From assembly GCA_963781585.1 (NCBI GenBank), contig CAWAGQ010000016.1, forward strand, positions 21,708-85,707: a stretch of 64,000 nt of DNA, in the 5' to 3' direction. The stretch comes from an uncultured Gemmatimonadaceae bacterium (lineage in GTDB: Bacteria > Gemmatimonadota > Gemmatimonadetes > Gemmatimonadales > Gemmatimonadaceae). The notes beneath the pieces were generated by a model. It saw only the letters and a list, made by a program, of their open reading frames with translations. It made no database searches and was not told the origin of the DNA. Shown here in pieces: positions 1 to 8,865 of this stretch (within the stretch, counting starts at the first letter, position 1; every line of letters starts with the position of its first letter). Made by a program: the position numbers and the translations under genes.

Positions 1-528
1 ATCGCCCGGCGGCTGGGTCTCCTGAGCGAGGTCACGCCGCACTGGAACCGGATCCGGATCCACGGCGACTACCATCTCGGGCAGGTCCTCCGGGTCGCGA
101 ACGAGTTCGTAGTCATCGATTTCGAGGGCGAACCGGCCCGTCCCCTGTCGCAGCGACGCGCCAAACAGAGTGCCCTCAAGGACGTCGCCGGGATGCTGCG
201 CTCCTTCAGCTACGCCGCCCAGTTCGCGCTGGTGGCCCACGTCTCCCGACGGCCAGCCGGCGAAGAGCGCCTGCAGCCCTGGCAGCGGCTCTGGGAGCGC
301 TCGGTGCACGCGGCCTTCCTGCGGGCCTACCGGCAGACCGCCGGAGCGCCATCATACCTGCCGGCCGACCAGGCAGAGTTCGAATCGCTGCTCGAGGCGT
401 TGCTGTTCGACAAGGCGCTCTACGAGCTGCGGTACGAGCTGGACAACCGGCCGTCGTGGGTGCGCGTGCCGCTGGCGGGGATACTGGACCTCGAGTTCGG
501 CCAGCATGCCGAAGAAGAAGTGGGCTGA
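1..528 (+). CDS. Maltokinase (Mak/Pep2)-type kinase domain, C-terminal part, possibly TreS-fused; 5' truncated by window
   Basis: Frame 1 open from base 1: RIHGDYHLGQVL...IDFEGEP...DVAGMLRSFSYA...DKALYELRYELDNRPSW, the maltokinase motifs. Confidence 0.85.
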   Translation: MARRLGLLSEVTPHWNRIRIHGDYHLGQVLRVANEFVVIDFEGEPARPLSQRRAKQSALKDVAGMLRSFSYAAQFALVAHVSRRPAGEERLQPWQRLWERSVHAAFLRAYRQTAGAPSYLPADQAEFESLLEALLFDKALYELRYELDNRPSWVRVPLAGILDLEFGQHAEEEVG

Positions 529-687
529 GGGCGTCCGGCGGGTGTGACGCCGGAGATCGCCGGGGATGGGCATCGCCAACAGCGCCGCGCTCTCCGACCG
601 CGCGAAACCTTTCGCCACGCGACCCGGTTTGTCTGCCGCGCATCCGCGGTGCAGAATGTGCGACCAACCCCAGACGCCGAGTCTCCC

Positions 688-1797
688 ATGACCGCCGCTT
701 CCCCCGACTGGCACGATCTTGGCGCCGACGACGACTTCCGTCGGAGCCCCGTCACCGCCGCACACATCGGCCGCCTCCGACTCGCCGTGACGTGCCGGGA
801 TGGCGAATTCGGCGTCATCTCCGGCGTGTGCAACCACAAGGGCGGCCCGTTAGGCGAGGGACGGTTGATCGGCGACTACGTGAACTGCCCGTGGCACAAC
901 TACAAGTACCATCGGACAACCGGTCTCGGCGAACCGGGCTACGAGGGGGACGCGGCGCCGGCCTACCAGGTGAAGGTCGAGAGCGGACGGTTGCTGGTGG
1001 ACCTGGCGTCGGGCACCAAACGCACCCACCTCCACCACGATCCGCATCCGCTCTCCCGCCCGATCGAGCGCGCCCCCGGCCGCGTGCGCGTGGCCGGCAT
1101 TTCGACCACCAACATGGACGTCGCCAATCCGCGGTACTCCACGTCCGACGCCCTGCTCGACGTTGCGCTCGACTACGCCGGCCGGGAACTGGACGTCGAG
1201 ACCCGCCTGGTCCGGCTCGCCACCCTCCAGTTCCGCCAGTGCGAGGGCTACTACTCCAAGAGCGCGCACGCCTGCACCTGGCCCTGCTCCATCACGGAGA
1301 TGGATCCCGCCGACCAGATGGCCGAGGTGTACGAGGCGGTCGTGCACTGGGCGGATGTCATTCTGGTCGCGACGCCCATCCGGTGGGGAAATGCGTCAGC
1401 GCTCTACTACAAGATGGTCGAGCGGATGAACTGCGTGCAGAATCAGGTCACGATCAACAATCGCGTCCTGGTGCGGAACAAGGTCGCGTCGTTCATCATC
1501 ACCGGCGGTCAGGACAACGTGCAGATGGTCGCCGGCCAGATGCTCATGTTCTTCTCGGAAATCGGCTGCCACTTTCCGCAGTTTCCGTTCATCGCGCATT
1601 CGCGGGGGTGGAGCGCCGAGGACATGGAACACAACATCGACTTCGTGATGATGAGCGATGATCTGCGCGAAGGGGCGCGGATGCTGGTCGCCCGCGCGGT
1701 CGATATGGCGCACCTGCTGCTCGAGCACGAGAAGGCGCCCCATGTGGTGGCGCGCGGCGGACGGAAGGCGCACCAGTTGACGCTGACGGGTGGGTGA
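688..1797 (+). CDS. Rieske [2Fe-2S] domain fused to flavodoxin-like FMN reductase / iron-sulfur flavoprotein domain
   Basis: CNH...CPWH Rieske ligands; C-terminal WADVILVATPIRWG flavodoxin-fold motif with Cys cluster CEGYYSKSAHACTWPC. Confidence 0.8.
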   Translation: MTAASPDWHDLGADDDFRRSPVTAAHIGRLRLAVTCRDGEFGVISGVCNHKGGPLGEGRLIGDYVNCPWHNYKYHRTTGLGEPGYEGDAAPAYQVKVESGRLLVDLASGTKRTHLHHDPHPLSRPIERAPGRVRVAGISTTNMDVANPRYSTSDALLDVALDYAGRELDVETRLVRLATLQFRQCEGYYSKSAHACTWPCSITEMDPADQMAEVYEAVVHWADVILVATPIRWGNASALYYKMVERMNCVQNQVTINNRVLVRNKVASFIITGGQDNVQMVAGQMLMFFSEIGCHFPQFPFIAHSRGWSAEDMEHNIDFVMMSDDLREGARMLVARAVDMAHLLLEHEKAPHVVARGGRKAHQLTLTGG

Positions 1798-1803
1798 GGT
1801 GCG

Positions 1804-2673
1804 CTACACGGCCGTCAGCACTCTCCGGCACGACTCCATCGCCGCCTCCACGTAGGCCGTCACGGGCGCCCGCTGCCCGGCGTCCGGCGCCAACGTCACG
1901 AGCTCGGTGAGCGTCAGGACACCGCCCACCCAGCCGGTGGTGTGCCAGTGCCCCAGTGGGAGCGGGCCCAGCGTGGCGGGGTCGGGATGCGGATACGGCC
2001 CCACGTAGAAGTACGGCTCCTGATAGGAATCGTCGCCCGGCGACAGCCCCACGCCGATGGTCCGTCCCGAACCGTCGGAGGCCGGCGGCAAGGTGACCAG
2101 CGTGGCCAGGTCGAAATGGTGTGGCCAGCACCGCGTGGGCGACGCGCCCGGGGTGCGCGACTCGATCGCCGACGCCACCAGCCAGGCGTCGTGGTAGGCG
2201 CCTGCCAGGACTTCGAACGCGGCAGCGTCGCCGCGCTGCCAGGGAGCGCCGGTGGCCACCGCATGGGCCGGTATCTCGTAGTGCTTCTTCGTCGTTAGGC
2301 GCACGGGATCGAGCCCCTGACGCTTCAGCTCACTCGACAGCCACTGGAGCGCCTGCGGCAGCGCCTTCCCGTCCAGCGGGAACGAGGACCGCACCACGTC
2401 GCCCGCCAGCGACAGGAGTGTGAGATCGTGCACCCGGAGCGCAAAACGGAGACCGACCGCATCGGCGATGACGTTGGTAGCCAGCGCCCGCCACTGCGGA
2501 AGCCACTCCATGTTGGTGTGGCTGTCATCGGCCCTGGCCGGCAGGTACGAGATCGCCGCCGACACGTTGATCTGGGCGGCGTGGTGCAGCTGCAGCCGCG
2601 CGTCCGTCAGCCGCGCGGCAGCGATCACCGTCAGCGTGCGCCAGTCGTCGCCGCGCGTACGCAATTCCGACAT
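1804..2673 (-). CDS. Conserved hypothetical protein (DUF5996-like)
   Basis: ATG 2673 preceded by GAGGAG RBS; motifs CWPHHFDLA, GLSPGD..EPYFYV, GHWH. Confidence 0.6.
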   Translation of the reverse strand: MSELRTRGDDWRTLTVIAAARLTDARLQLHHAAQINVSAAISYLPARADDSHTNMEWLPQWRALATNVIADAVGLRFALRVHDLTLLSLAGDVVRSSFPLDGKALPQALQWLSSELKRQGLDPVRLTTKKHYEIPAHAVATGAPWQRGDAAAFEVLAGAYHDAWLVASAIESRTPGASPTRCWPHHFDLATLVTLPPASDGSGRTIGVGLSPGDDSYQEPYFYVGPYPHPDPATLGPLPLGHWHTTGWVGGVLTLTELVTLAPDAGQRAPVTAYVEAAMESCRRVLTAV

Positions 2674-2919
2674 GCTCCTCCCGTGTGCGAGTGAGCCCGC
2701 GGCCGAACGAACCGTGCTCGACCCCGGCTGGTTCCCGCCAACTCCCGCCCCGGTTCGCTGCGTGGAACCTTGCTCTATCGTCCCGGGTTTCCTGCAGTGC
2801 GCGCTGGCGGAGCGTCGCCATTCCGGCTGGCGTATCGGCGCAGCGGCCACCATAGTTGCCGTCCGCTTCGCGCCCGTCCGCTCGCCTCTTCCACGCCTCC
2901 CCTTCCGACTCAGTCCGGG

Positions 2920-4230
2920 ATGAGCATTTCTGCGCCCTCGACCACGCAGGCGCTCCTCGCGTTGCTCGACGAGGCGCGCCGGCGTACGCTCGAGCTCATC
3001 ACGCCGCTCTCCGATGAGGATCTGCGCCTTCAGCACGATCCGTTGATGAGTCCGGTGCTGTGGGATCTGGGGCACATCGCGCACTTCGAGGAGCTGTGGC
3101 TCACGCAGAACCTCGACGGCGCGATCCGTTTTGCCGAGATGCCGGGGATGTACAATCCGTTCGAGCATCCGCGACGGGTGCGGGATCAGCTGGTCTACCC
3201 CACGCGCGACGAGTGCGTCGCCCTGATGGCCGGGATACGCGACCGCGTGCTCGCGAAGCTCGACCACGTGGATTTCGACTCCGATCACCCGCTGCTCCGC
3301 GATGGCTACGTGGTACGGATGGTGGCGCAGCACGAATACCAGCACGGCGAGACCATCCTGCAGACGCTCCAGCTCAAGCAGGGCGCGCCGTACCGGCCGG
3401 CGGCGCGCCGCCCCGAGCCCGAGGCGCAGCTCCACGTCCCGTTAGGCGCCATGGTCCGCTTTCCCGGCGGGCCGGTGACCATCGGCACCGACGATCGCAG
3501 CGCGGCGTATGACAACGAGCGGCCACGCCATGCGGTGGACGTGCCGCCATTCCTGATCGACGTCGCCCCGGTGCGGAACGCGGAATACCTGGCGTTCGTG
3601 AACGACCGGGGATATCGCCGCCGGGACCTGTGGACCGAGGCCGGATGGCAATGGCGTGTAGCCTCCGGCGCCGAGTCGCCGCAATACTGGTTCCGCCGCG
3701 ACGACGGGTGGCAGACCCGGGTGCTGGATCGCACCGGTCCCGTGCCCCCCGATCATCCGGTATGTCACGTCTGCTATCACGAGGCCGAGGCGTATGCCCG
3801 GTGGGCGGGCAAGCGCCTGCCCACGGAGCGGGAATGGGAGACCGCCGCCTCGTGGAGCCCCGACACCGGCATCGCACGCCGCTTCCCCTGGGGCGACGAG
3901 GACCCGGATCCGGAGCTCGCCGCGATCGACCAGCTCGGCTTCGGCACCGCCCCGGTGGGCGCGTTTCCGCGGAACGTCTCCCCGTTAGGCTGCTACGGCA
4001 TGATCGGCGACGTGTGGGAATGGACCGCCACCGACTTCCACGGTTATCCGGGCTTCGCGGCCTTCCCGTATCCGGAGTATTCGGAGGTGTTCTTCGGCAG
4101 CGAGTACAAGGTGCTGCGAGGCGGATCGTGGGCCACCCGACCCGGCGCGATCCGCAACACGTTCCGCAACTGGGACTACCCCATCCGCCGCCAGATCTTC
4201 AGCGGGTTTCGCTGCGCGCGCGATGACTAG
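2920..4230 (+). CDS. egtB: Ergothioneine biosynthesis sulfoxide synthase EgtB (DinB-like + FGE-sulfatase domains)
   Basis: QHDPLMSPVLWDLGH, HEYQH iron ligands, RLPTEREWE, GDVWEW, RNWDYPIRRQIFSGFR; adjacent egtD. Confidence 0.9.
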   Translation: MSISAPSTTQALLALLDEARRRTLELITPLSDEDLRLQHDPLMSPVLWDLGHIAHFEELWLTQNLDGAIRFAEMPGMYNPFEHPRRVRDQLVYPTRDECVALMAGIRDRVLAKLDHVDFDSDHPLLRDGYVVRMVAQHEYQHGETILQTLQLKQGAPYRPAARRPEPEAQLHVPLGAMVRFPGGPVTIGTDDRSAAYDNERPRHAVDVPPFLIDVAPVRNAEYLAFVNDRGYRRRDLWTEAGWQWRVASGAESPQYWFRRDDGWQTRVLDRTGPVPPDHPVCHVCYHEAEAYARWAGKRLPTEREWETAASWSPDTGIARRFPWGDEDPDPELAAIDQLGFGTAPVGAFPRNVSPLGCYGMIGDVWEWTATDFHGYPGFAAFPYPEYSEVFFGSEYKVLRGGSWATRPGAIRNTFRNWDYPIRRQIFSGFRCARDD

Positions 4231-5203
4231 TCTCAGCCTGCCGTCGCTCGCCGGCGAGAGCGAGCTTCTTCGCGACGTGCGGCGCGGCCTCACCAGACCG
4301 CAGAAGGAGTTGCCACCCAAGTACTTCTATGACCACCGCGGGTCGATGCTCTTCGAGGCCATCACCCGGCTCCCCGAATACTACCTGACCCGCGTGGAAC
4401 GCCGGCTGCTGCGGCAGTGGATGCCCGCGTTCATGCGCCGCCTGCGGCCGGCGGCGCTGGTGGAGCTGGGCGCCGGCAGCGGCGAGAAAACGCGCATCAT
4501 CCTCCGCGCCATGCGCGACACCGGACGGGGATGCACGTACCTCCCGATCGACGTCAGCGCCGAATACCTCGACGCCAGCGCGGCGCGGCTGCGATCGGAA
4601 CTTCCCGGCCTCGACATCCGCCCGGTGATCGCCGATTTCACCGGCGACCTCGCGCATCTGCTGCCGCCGTTCCGGCGCGAGCCGCACGTGTTCGCCTTCC
4701 TCGGCAGCACCATCGGCAACTTCGATCGCGCCGCCGCCGTCAACGTCCTCGGCACCGTGCGCCGGGCGATGCATGCCGATGATCGGATGCTCCTCGGCGC
4801 CGATCTCCGGACCAAGCCGGTTGAACGGATCGAGCGCGCCTACAACGACGCGGTCGGGATCACCGCCGAGTTCAACCTCAACATGCTCCGCGTCCTGAAC
4901 CGCGAACTCGGGGCCGACTTCGACGAGACGCGCTTTCGCCACAAAGCCTTCTGGTCGTGGTCCTGCCACCGCATCGAGATGCACCTCGAGGCGACCGAGG
5001 CGCAGGTCGCCGCGATCCCGGGGCTGGGGAGCGTCCGCGTGCGGAAGGGCGAGACGATCCGCACCGAGATCTGCTGCAAATACGACCGTCCCGAACTCGA
5101 TGGGATGCTGCGTGACGCCGGACTCGCCGCGGAATCGTGGTGGGTCGATCCGGTGGATCAGTACGCCCTCCTCGTCGCCGCCGCGCAAGGTGGTGAACCA
5201 TGA
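4223..5203 (+). CDS. egtD: L-histidine N-alpha-methyltransferase EgtD
   Basis: KELPPKYFYD, LPEYYLTR, ELGAGSGEKT, FLGSTIGN, AYND..GITAEFNLN, RIEMHL, IRTEI. Confidence 0.92.
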   Translation: MTSLSLPSLAGESELLRDVRRGLTRPQKELPPKYFYDHRGSMLFEAITRLPEYYLTRVERRLLRQWMPAFMRRLRPAALVELGAGSGEKTRIILRAMRDTGRGCTYLPIDVSAEYLDASAARLRSELPGLDIRPVIADFTGDLAHLLPPFRREPHVFAFLGSTIGNFDRAAAVNVLGTVRRAMHADDRMLLGADLRTKPVERIERAYNDAVGITAEFNLNMLRVLNRELGADFDETRFRHKAFWSWSCHRIEMHLEATEAQVAAIPGLGSVRVRKGETIRTEICCKYDRPELDGMLRDAGLAAESWWVDPVDQYALLVAAAQGGEP

Positions 5204-6456
5204 TCGACGACGCCCTGCTGCGACCCTTCGTCGAGCAGCTCCGGCGTGAGGCGTTTGCCCTCGATGGCTGGCGCAGGGGCCCCGAACTGGTGGGCGCCGA
5301 GGTGGAATTCATTCCGGTGCATGACGAGTCGGGGCGAATTGCCGCGATCGACTCGCCAGACGAACCGTCCACGCTGCCGGTGCTGCGCACCCTGGCGCCG
5401 CGTTTCGGATGGAGCGAGCACCGATCGGCGAAGGCCGGGGTGCCCGAACTCCGGACACCGAATGGCGGACGTCTCACGTTCGAGCCGGGTGGCCAGCTGG
5501 AGTACGCCGCCGCGCCGCGTGCCTCGGTGAGCGCGCTCCTCGGCGATCTGCGTGACGTCGCGGCCGCACTCCGGGAATGGTGCGCGCGCTCCGGAATCAC
5601 CCTGCTGAGTTGCGGCATCGATCCCCTGAACGACATCGGCGATGTCCCGATGCAGCTCCACGCCGGGCGGTACCGTCGCATGGACCGTCATTTCGCGTCC
5701 ATCGGACCGGACGGCGCGCGCATGATGCGGCAGACCGCATCCATTCAGATTTCGCTCGACGCCGGAGCGCGGCCGCTGGAACGCTGGCGACTGCTCAACG
5801 CCCTGGCCCCATACCTCGTCGCCATGTTCGGCAACTCACCGGTCTACGCCGGGGAGTCGACCGGACATCAGAGCGAGCGCCGACGGGTGTGGGGCGCGCT
5901 CGACCCCGATCGCACCGGGTTGGCGTTCGACGAGGCAGCGCCGGTGACGGCCTACGCGCGGTTCGCGATGCGCGCCGGAGCGATCCTGCTCGGCGACGAG
6001 TCGGAGCCGAGCCGCCCGTTCGCCGATCACGTGCGACGCGCGGGAGCCGGGATCGCCGAGTGGCGCGCCCATCTCACCACGCTGTTTCCCGAAGTGCGCC
6101 CACGCGGCTACTTCGAGATCCGGTCGACCGATGCCCTCGACCCGGCGTGGTACGCGGCACCGCTCGTTCTGCTCGCCGGGCTTGCGCAGGATCCGGAGGC
6201 GGCAGGCACGGCCGCCGAGATCGCGGGCGCGCCCGATCCGGAGCTGCTGGAGCGCGCCGGGCGTTGGGGGCTGGGCGATCCGCACCTCGCCGGGGGCGCC
6301 GCCCGTCTCGCCAGGCTCGCGCTCACGGCGGGCGCGGCGTTAGGCGACGGGGTCATCCAGGTCGCCGACCTCGAGACGGCGCGCGCGTTCTTCGAACGCT
6401 ACACCTGGCGGGGGCGGTCGCCGGCCGGCGATTTGCCCGCTCACGCGGTGGTGTGA
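5200..6456 (+). CDS. egtA: Glutamate--cysteine ligase (GCS2 family), EgtA-like
   Basis: VGAEVE, TFEPGGQLE, MMRQTASIQ, HLTTLFPEVRPRGYFEIR; ATGA overlap with egtD. Confidence 0.85.
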   Translation: MIDDALLRPFVEQLRREAFALDGWRRGPELVGAEVEFIPVHDESGRIAAIDSPDEPSTLPVLRTLAPRFGWSEHRSAKAGVPELRTPNGGRLTFEPGGQLEYAAAPRASVSALLGDLRDVAAALREWCARSGITLLSCGIDPLNDIGDVPMQLHAGRYRRMDRHFASIGPDGARMMRQTASIQISLDAGARPLERWRLLNALAPYLVAMFGNSPVYAGESTGHQSERRRVWGALDPDRTGLAFDEAAPVTAYARFAMRAGAILLGDESEPSRPFADHVRRAGAGIAEWRAHLTTLFPEVRPRGYFEIRSTDALDPAWYAAPLVLLAGLAQDPEAAGTAAEIAGAPDPELLERAGRWGLGDPHLAGGAARLARLALTAGAALGDGVIQVADLETARAFFERYTWRGRSPAGDLPAHAVV

Positions 6457-7205
6457 GCCAGCCGGATATCGTCCTCCGCGCCGACGCGGTGGGCAAGCGT
6501 TACGCGGGAATCACGGCACTCGACGGCGCGTCGGTGTCGGTCCGGCGCGGAGCGTGTTTGGCTCTGGTTGGCGAAAGTGGCTCCGGGAAGACCACGCTGC
6601 TTCGCTGCTTCAACGGCATGGTCGTCCCCGATAACGGCGACGTGCTGGTCGACGGCGCACTGGTTCGACGGCTTGACGGTGTGATGCTCCGACGGCGGGT
6701 GGGCTACGTGCCGCAGGACGGCGGCCTGATGCCCCACTGGCGCGTCCTGCGCAACGTGGCGCTGGTGCCCTGGCTGCGGGATGCCTCCGACCCGCGTGCC
6801 CAGGGGCGCGACGCGCTCCGCCTGGTGGGGCTCGATCCCGACCGCTTCGCGCGGCGGTGGCCGGGAGAGCTGTCCGGGGGGCAGCGCCAGCGCGTCGCAC
6901 TCGCCCGGGCGCTCGCCGCCCGTCCGGATGTCGTGCTGCTCGACGAGCCGTTTGGCGCGCTCGACGCCATTACCCGAAGCGACCTCCAGCATGCGTTCCA
7001 CGCCCTGCGCCGGGAGCTGGGACTCACGGCCATGCTCGTCACCCACGACCTCCGCGAAGCGCTGCTGCTGGCCGACGAGATCGCGGTGATGCGCGCCGGT
7101 CGCGTGGAGCAGATCGCCGGGCCGGACGAGCTTCTGGAGTACCCGGCCACGGCCTACGTGGCGCGACTGCTGCGGAGGGCTGACGTAGTGGCCCCGGGGA
7201 GATAG
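6453..7205 (+). CDS. ABC transporter ATP-binding protein, osmoprotectant/ergothioneine (OpuA/EgtV-like) type
   Basis: GTG start overlapping egtA stop; Walker A GESGSGKT, LSGGQRQR, LLDEPFGALD, VTHD. Confidence 0.9.
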   Translation: MSQPDIVLRADAVGKRYAGITALDGASVSVRRGACLALVGESGSGKTTLLRCFNGMVVPDNGDVLVDGALVRRLDGVMLRRRVGYVPQDGGLMPHWRVLRNVALVPWLRDASDPRAQGRDALRLVGLDPDRFARRWPGELSGGQRQRVALARALAARPDVVLLDEPFGALDAITRSDLQHAFHALRRELGLTAMLVTHDLREALLLADEIAVMRAGRVEQIAGPDELLEYPATAYVARLLRRADVVAPGR

Positions 7206-7207
7206 CG

Positions 7208-8803
7208 ATGACCCGGTGCGCCAGGTTCCTCGCCCCGCCGCTGGCCGCCGGGCTGCTCGGATTCAGCGGTCTGCCCGTGGCGGCAGCGGGTCAGGGAGCG
7301 ATCCTCCCCGGCTCCGAGAGCCGGTCGCCGATCATCGTATCGTCCAAACCATTCGGCGAATCGTATCTGCTGGCGGAAATGTTCGCGCAACTGCTCGAGG
7401 CACGTGGGTTCACCGTGGACCGGCGACCCGGACTGGGCGCCACCGAGATCGCGTTCGGCGCGCTCCGTTCCGGCGACATCGACGTCTATCCCGAGTACAC
7501 CGGGACCGGACTGCTGGCGATTCTCGGTGAGAGCGCGGTGGGTGACGCCGAGACCGTGTATCAGCGCGTGTCCGCCGAATTCCGCCGCCGGTTCGGCGTG
7601 CGCTGGCTGCCGCCCCTGGGTTTCGAGAACACCTACGCGATCGCGGTCCGCCATGAGACCGCCGACTCGTTAGGCATCCGCACCCTGAGCGATCTGGCGC
7701 GGGTGAGCGCGCGGCTCCGGGCCGGCTTCACCCCCGACTTCATCGGCCGGCCCGACGGCCTCCCCGGACTGGAACGGACGTACGGCATCCGGCTCGCCGG
7801 CGTGCGATCGCTCCTCCCCGCGGTCAAGTATCAGGCGCTGGCGGGAGGCGAGGTCGATGTCATCGACGGCTACTCGACCGACGGCTTCCTCGCCCGGTAC
7901 GATCTGGTCGTTCTCACGGACGACCGTCACTTCTTCCCGCCGTACCAGGCGGCCGCGCTGGTCGGTCCGCGCCTGCAGGAGCGCGCCCCCGCCGCGCTCG
8001 CCGCACTCACGGAGCTCAGCGGACGGCTCGACCCCGCCCGCATGCGCGCCCTGAACGAGCGGGTCGAGATGGCCGGTGAGCCCATTCCCGCGGTTGCCCG
8101 GAGCGCCCTCGACGATCTGGGACTCACCTCGGCCCCGGCCGGAGCTTCGGGACCGGTCGCCCGCGGTGGGGCGCCGTCGCTCGTTCGCTACCTGCTGGAT
8201 CGCCGCGGCGACATTGCCGCCATGACCGGACGCCACCTGTTGCTGGTGGGCATCTCGCTGCTCGCGGCGATCGCGCTGGCGGTGCCGGCCGGACTGTTGC
8301 TCGTCCGCGTGCCCCGCGCCGCGGAAGGGGTGATCCGCGCAGCCGGGGTCATCCAGACCCTGCCGGGCATCGCCCTGCTCGCCTTCATGCTTCCCGTGCT
8401 CGGGATCGGGGTTGTGCCCGCACTGACCGCGCTCTTCCTCTACTCGGTCTATCCGATCCTGCGAAACACCTATACCGGCGTCCGGGACGCCGACCGGTCG
8501 GCCGTCGGTGCCGCCACCGCGTTAGGCATGACGCGCGGACAGGTCTTGCGCTACGTGCGCTTTCCGCTGGCCGCGCCCGTGATCATGGCCGGGATTCGGA
8601 CGGCGGCGGTGATCAATGTCGGCACCGCGACGCTGGCGGCGTTCATCGGCGCCGGCGGCCTCGGGGACCCGATCGTCGCCGGCCTCGCCCTGTCGGACAC
8701 CCGGATGATCCTGTCCGGCGCGATCCCTGCGGCCGCCCTCGCCCTCGTGATCGACGGCGTGCTGGCTCTGGGCGAGCGCGTCCTCGTCCCGGGGCACCAA
8801 TGA
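7208..8803 (+). CDS. Fused substrate-binding protein + permease, glycine betaine/ergothioneine ABC family
   Basis: DIDVYPEYTGT, GFENTY, YSTDG, FFPPY binding-protein motifs; C-terminal TM domain with PVIMAGIRTAAVINVGTATLAAFIGAGGLG. Confidence 0.88.
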   Translation: MTRCARFLAPPLAAGLLGFSGLPVAAAGQGAILPGSESRSPIIVSSKPFGESYLLAEMFAQLLEARGFTVDRRPGLGATEIAFGALRSGDIDVYPEYTGTGLLAILGESAVGDAETVYQRVSAEFRRRFGVRWLPPLGFENTYAIAVRHETADSLGIRTLSDLARVSARLRAGFTPDFIGRPDGLPGLERTYGIRLAGVRSLLPAVKYQALAGGEVDVIDGYSTDGFLARYDLVVLTDDRHFFPPYQAAALVGPRLQERAPAALAALTELSGRLDPARMRALNERVEMAGEPIPAVARSALDDLGLTSAPAGASGPVARGGAPSLVRYLLDRRGDIAAMTGRHLLLVGISLLAAIALAVPAGLLLVRVPRAAEGVIRAAGVIQTLPGIALLAFMLPVLGIGVVPALTALFLYSVYPILRNTYTGVRDADRSAVGAATALGMTRGQVLRYVRFPLAAPVIMAGIRTAAVINVGTATLAAFIGAGGLGDPIVAGLALSDTRMILSGAIPAAALALVIDGVLALGERVLVPGHQ

Positions 8804-8853
8804 GGAATCGCGGCGAGGCCAGGTCACCAGTCGCCCTGCCCCGGCGCCACCCC

Positions 8854-8859
8854 TAGAAT
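8854..8859 (+). promoter_or_regulatory. Probable -10 element (TAGAAT) 6 nt upstream of the aspA ATG; leaderless promoter
   Basis: TAGAAT-tctgcc-ATG, no SD sequence. Confidence 0.55.
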
Positions 8860-8865
8860 TCTGCC

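Noticed and set aside
1804..3435. 543-aa minus-strand ORF
   Set aside because: N-terminal part is antisense to egtB; the RBS-supported start is at 2673
5577..6452. Long N-terminal extension of the ABC ATPase
   Set aside because: Overlaps egtA in another frame and is Arg/Pro-rich shadow sequence; GTG 6453 is coupled to the egtA stop
2920..6456. Selenoneine (senABC) or ovothiol cluster
   Set aside because: No SenB glycosyltransferase or SelD homologue, and no C-terminal methyltransferase on the sulfoxide synthase; egtD and a Glu-Cys ligase indicate ergothioneine
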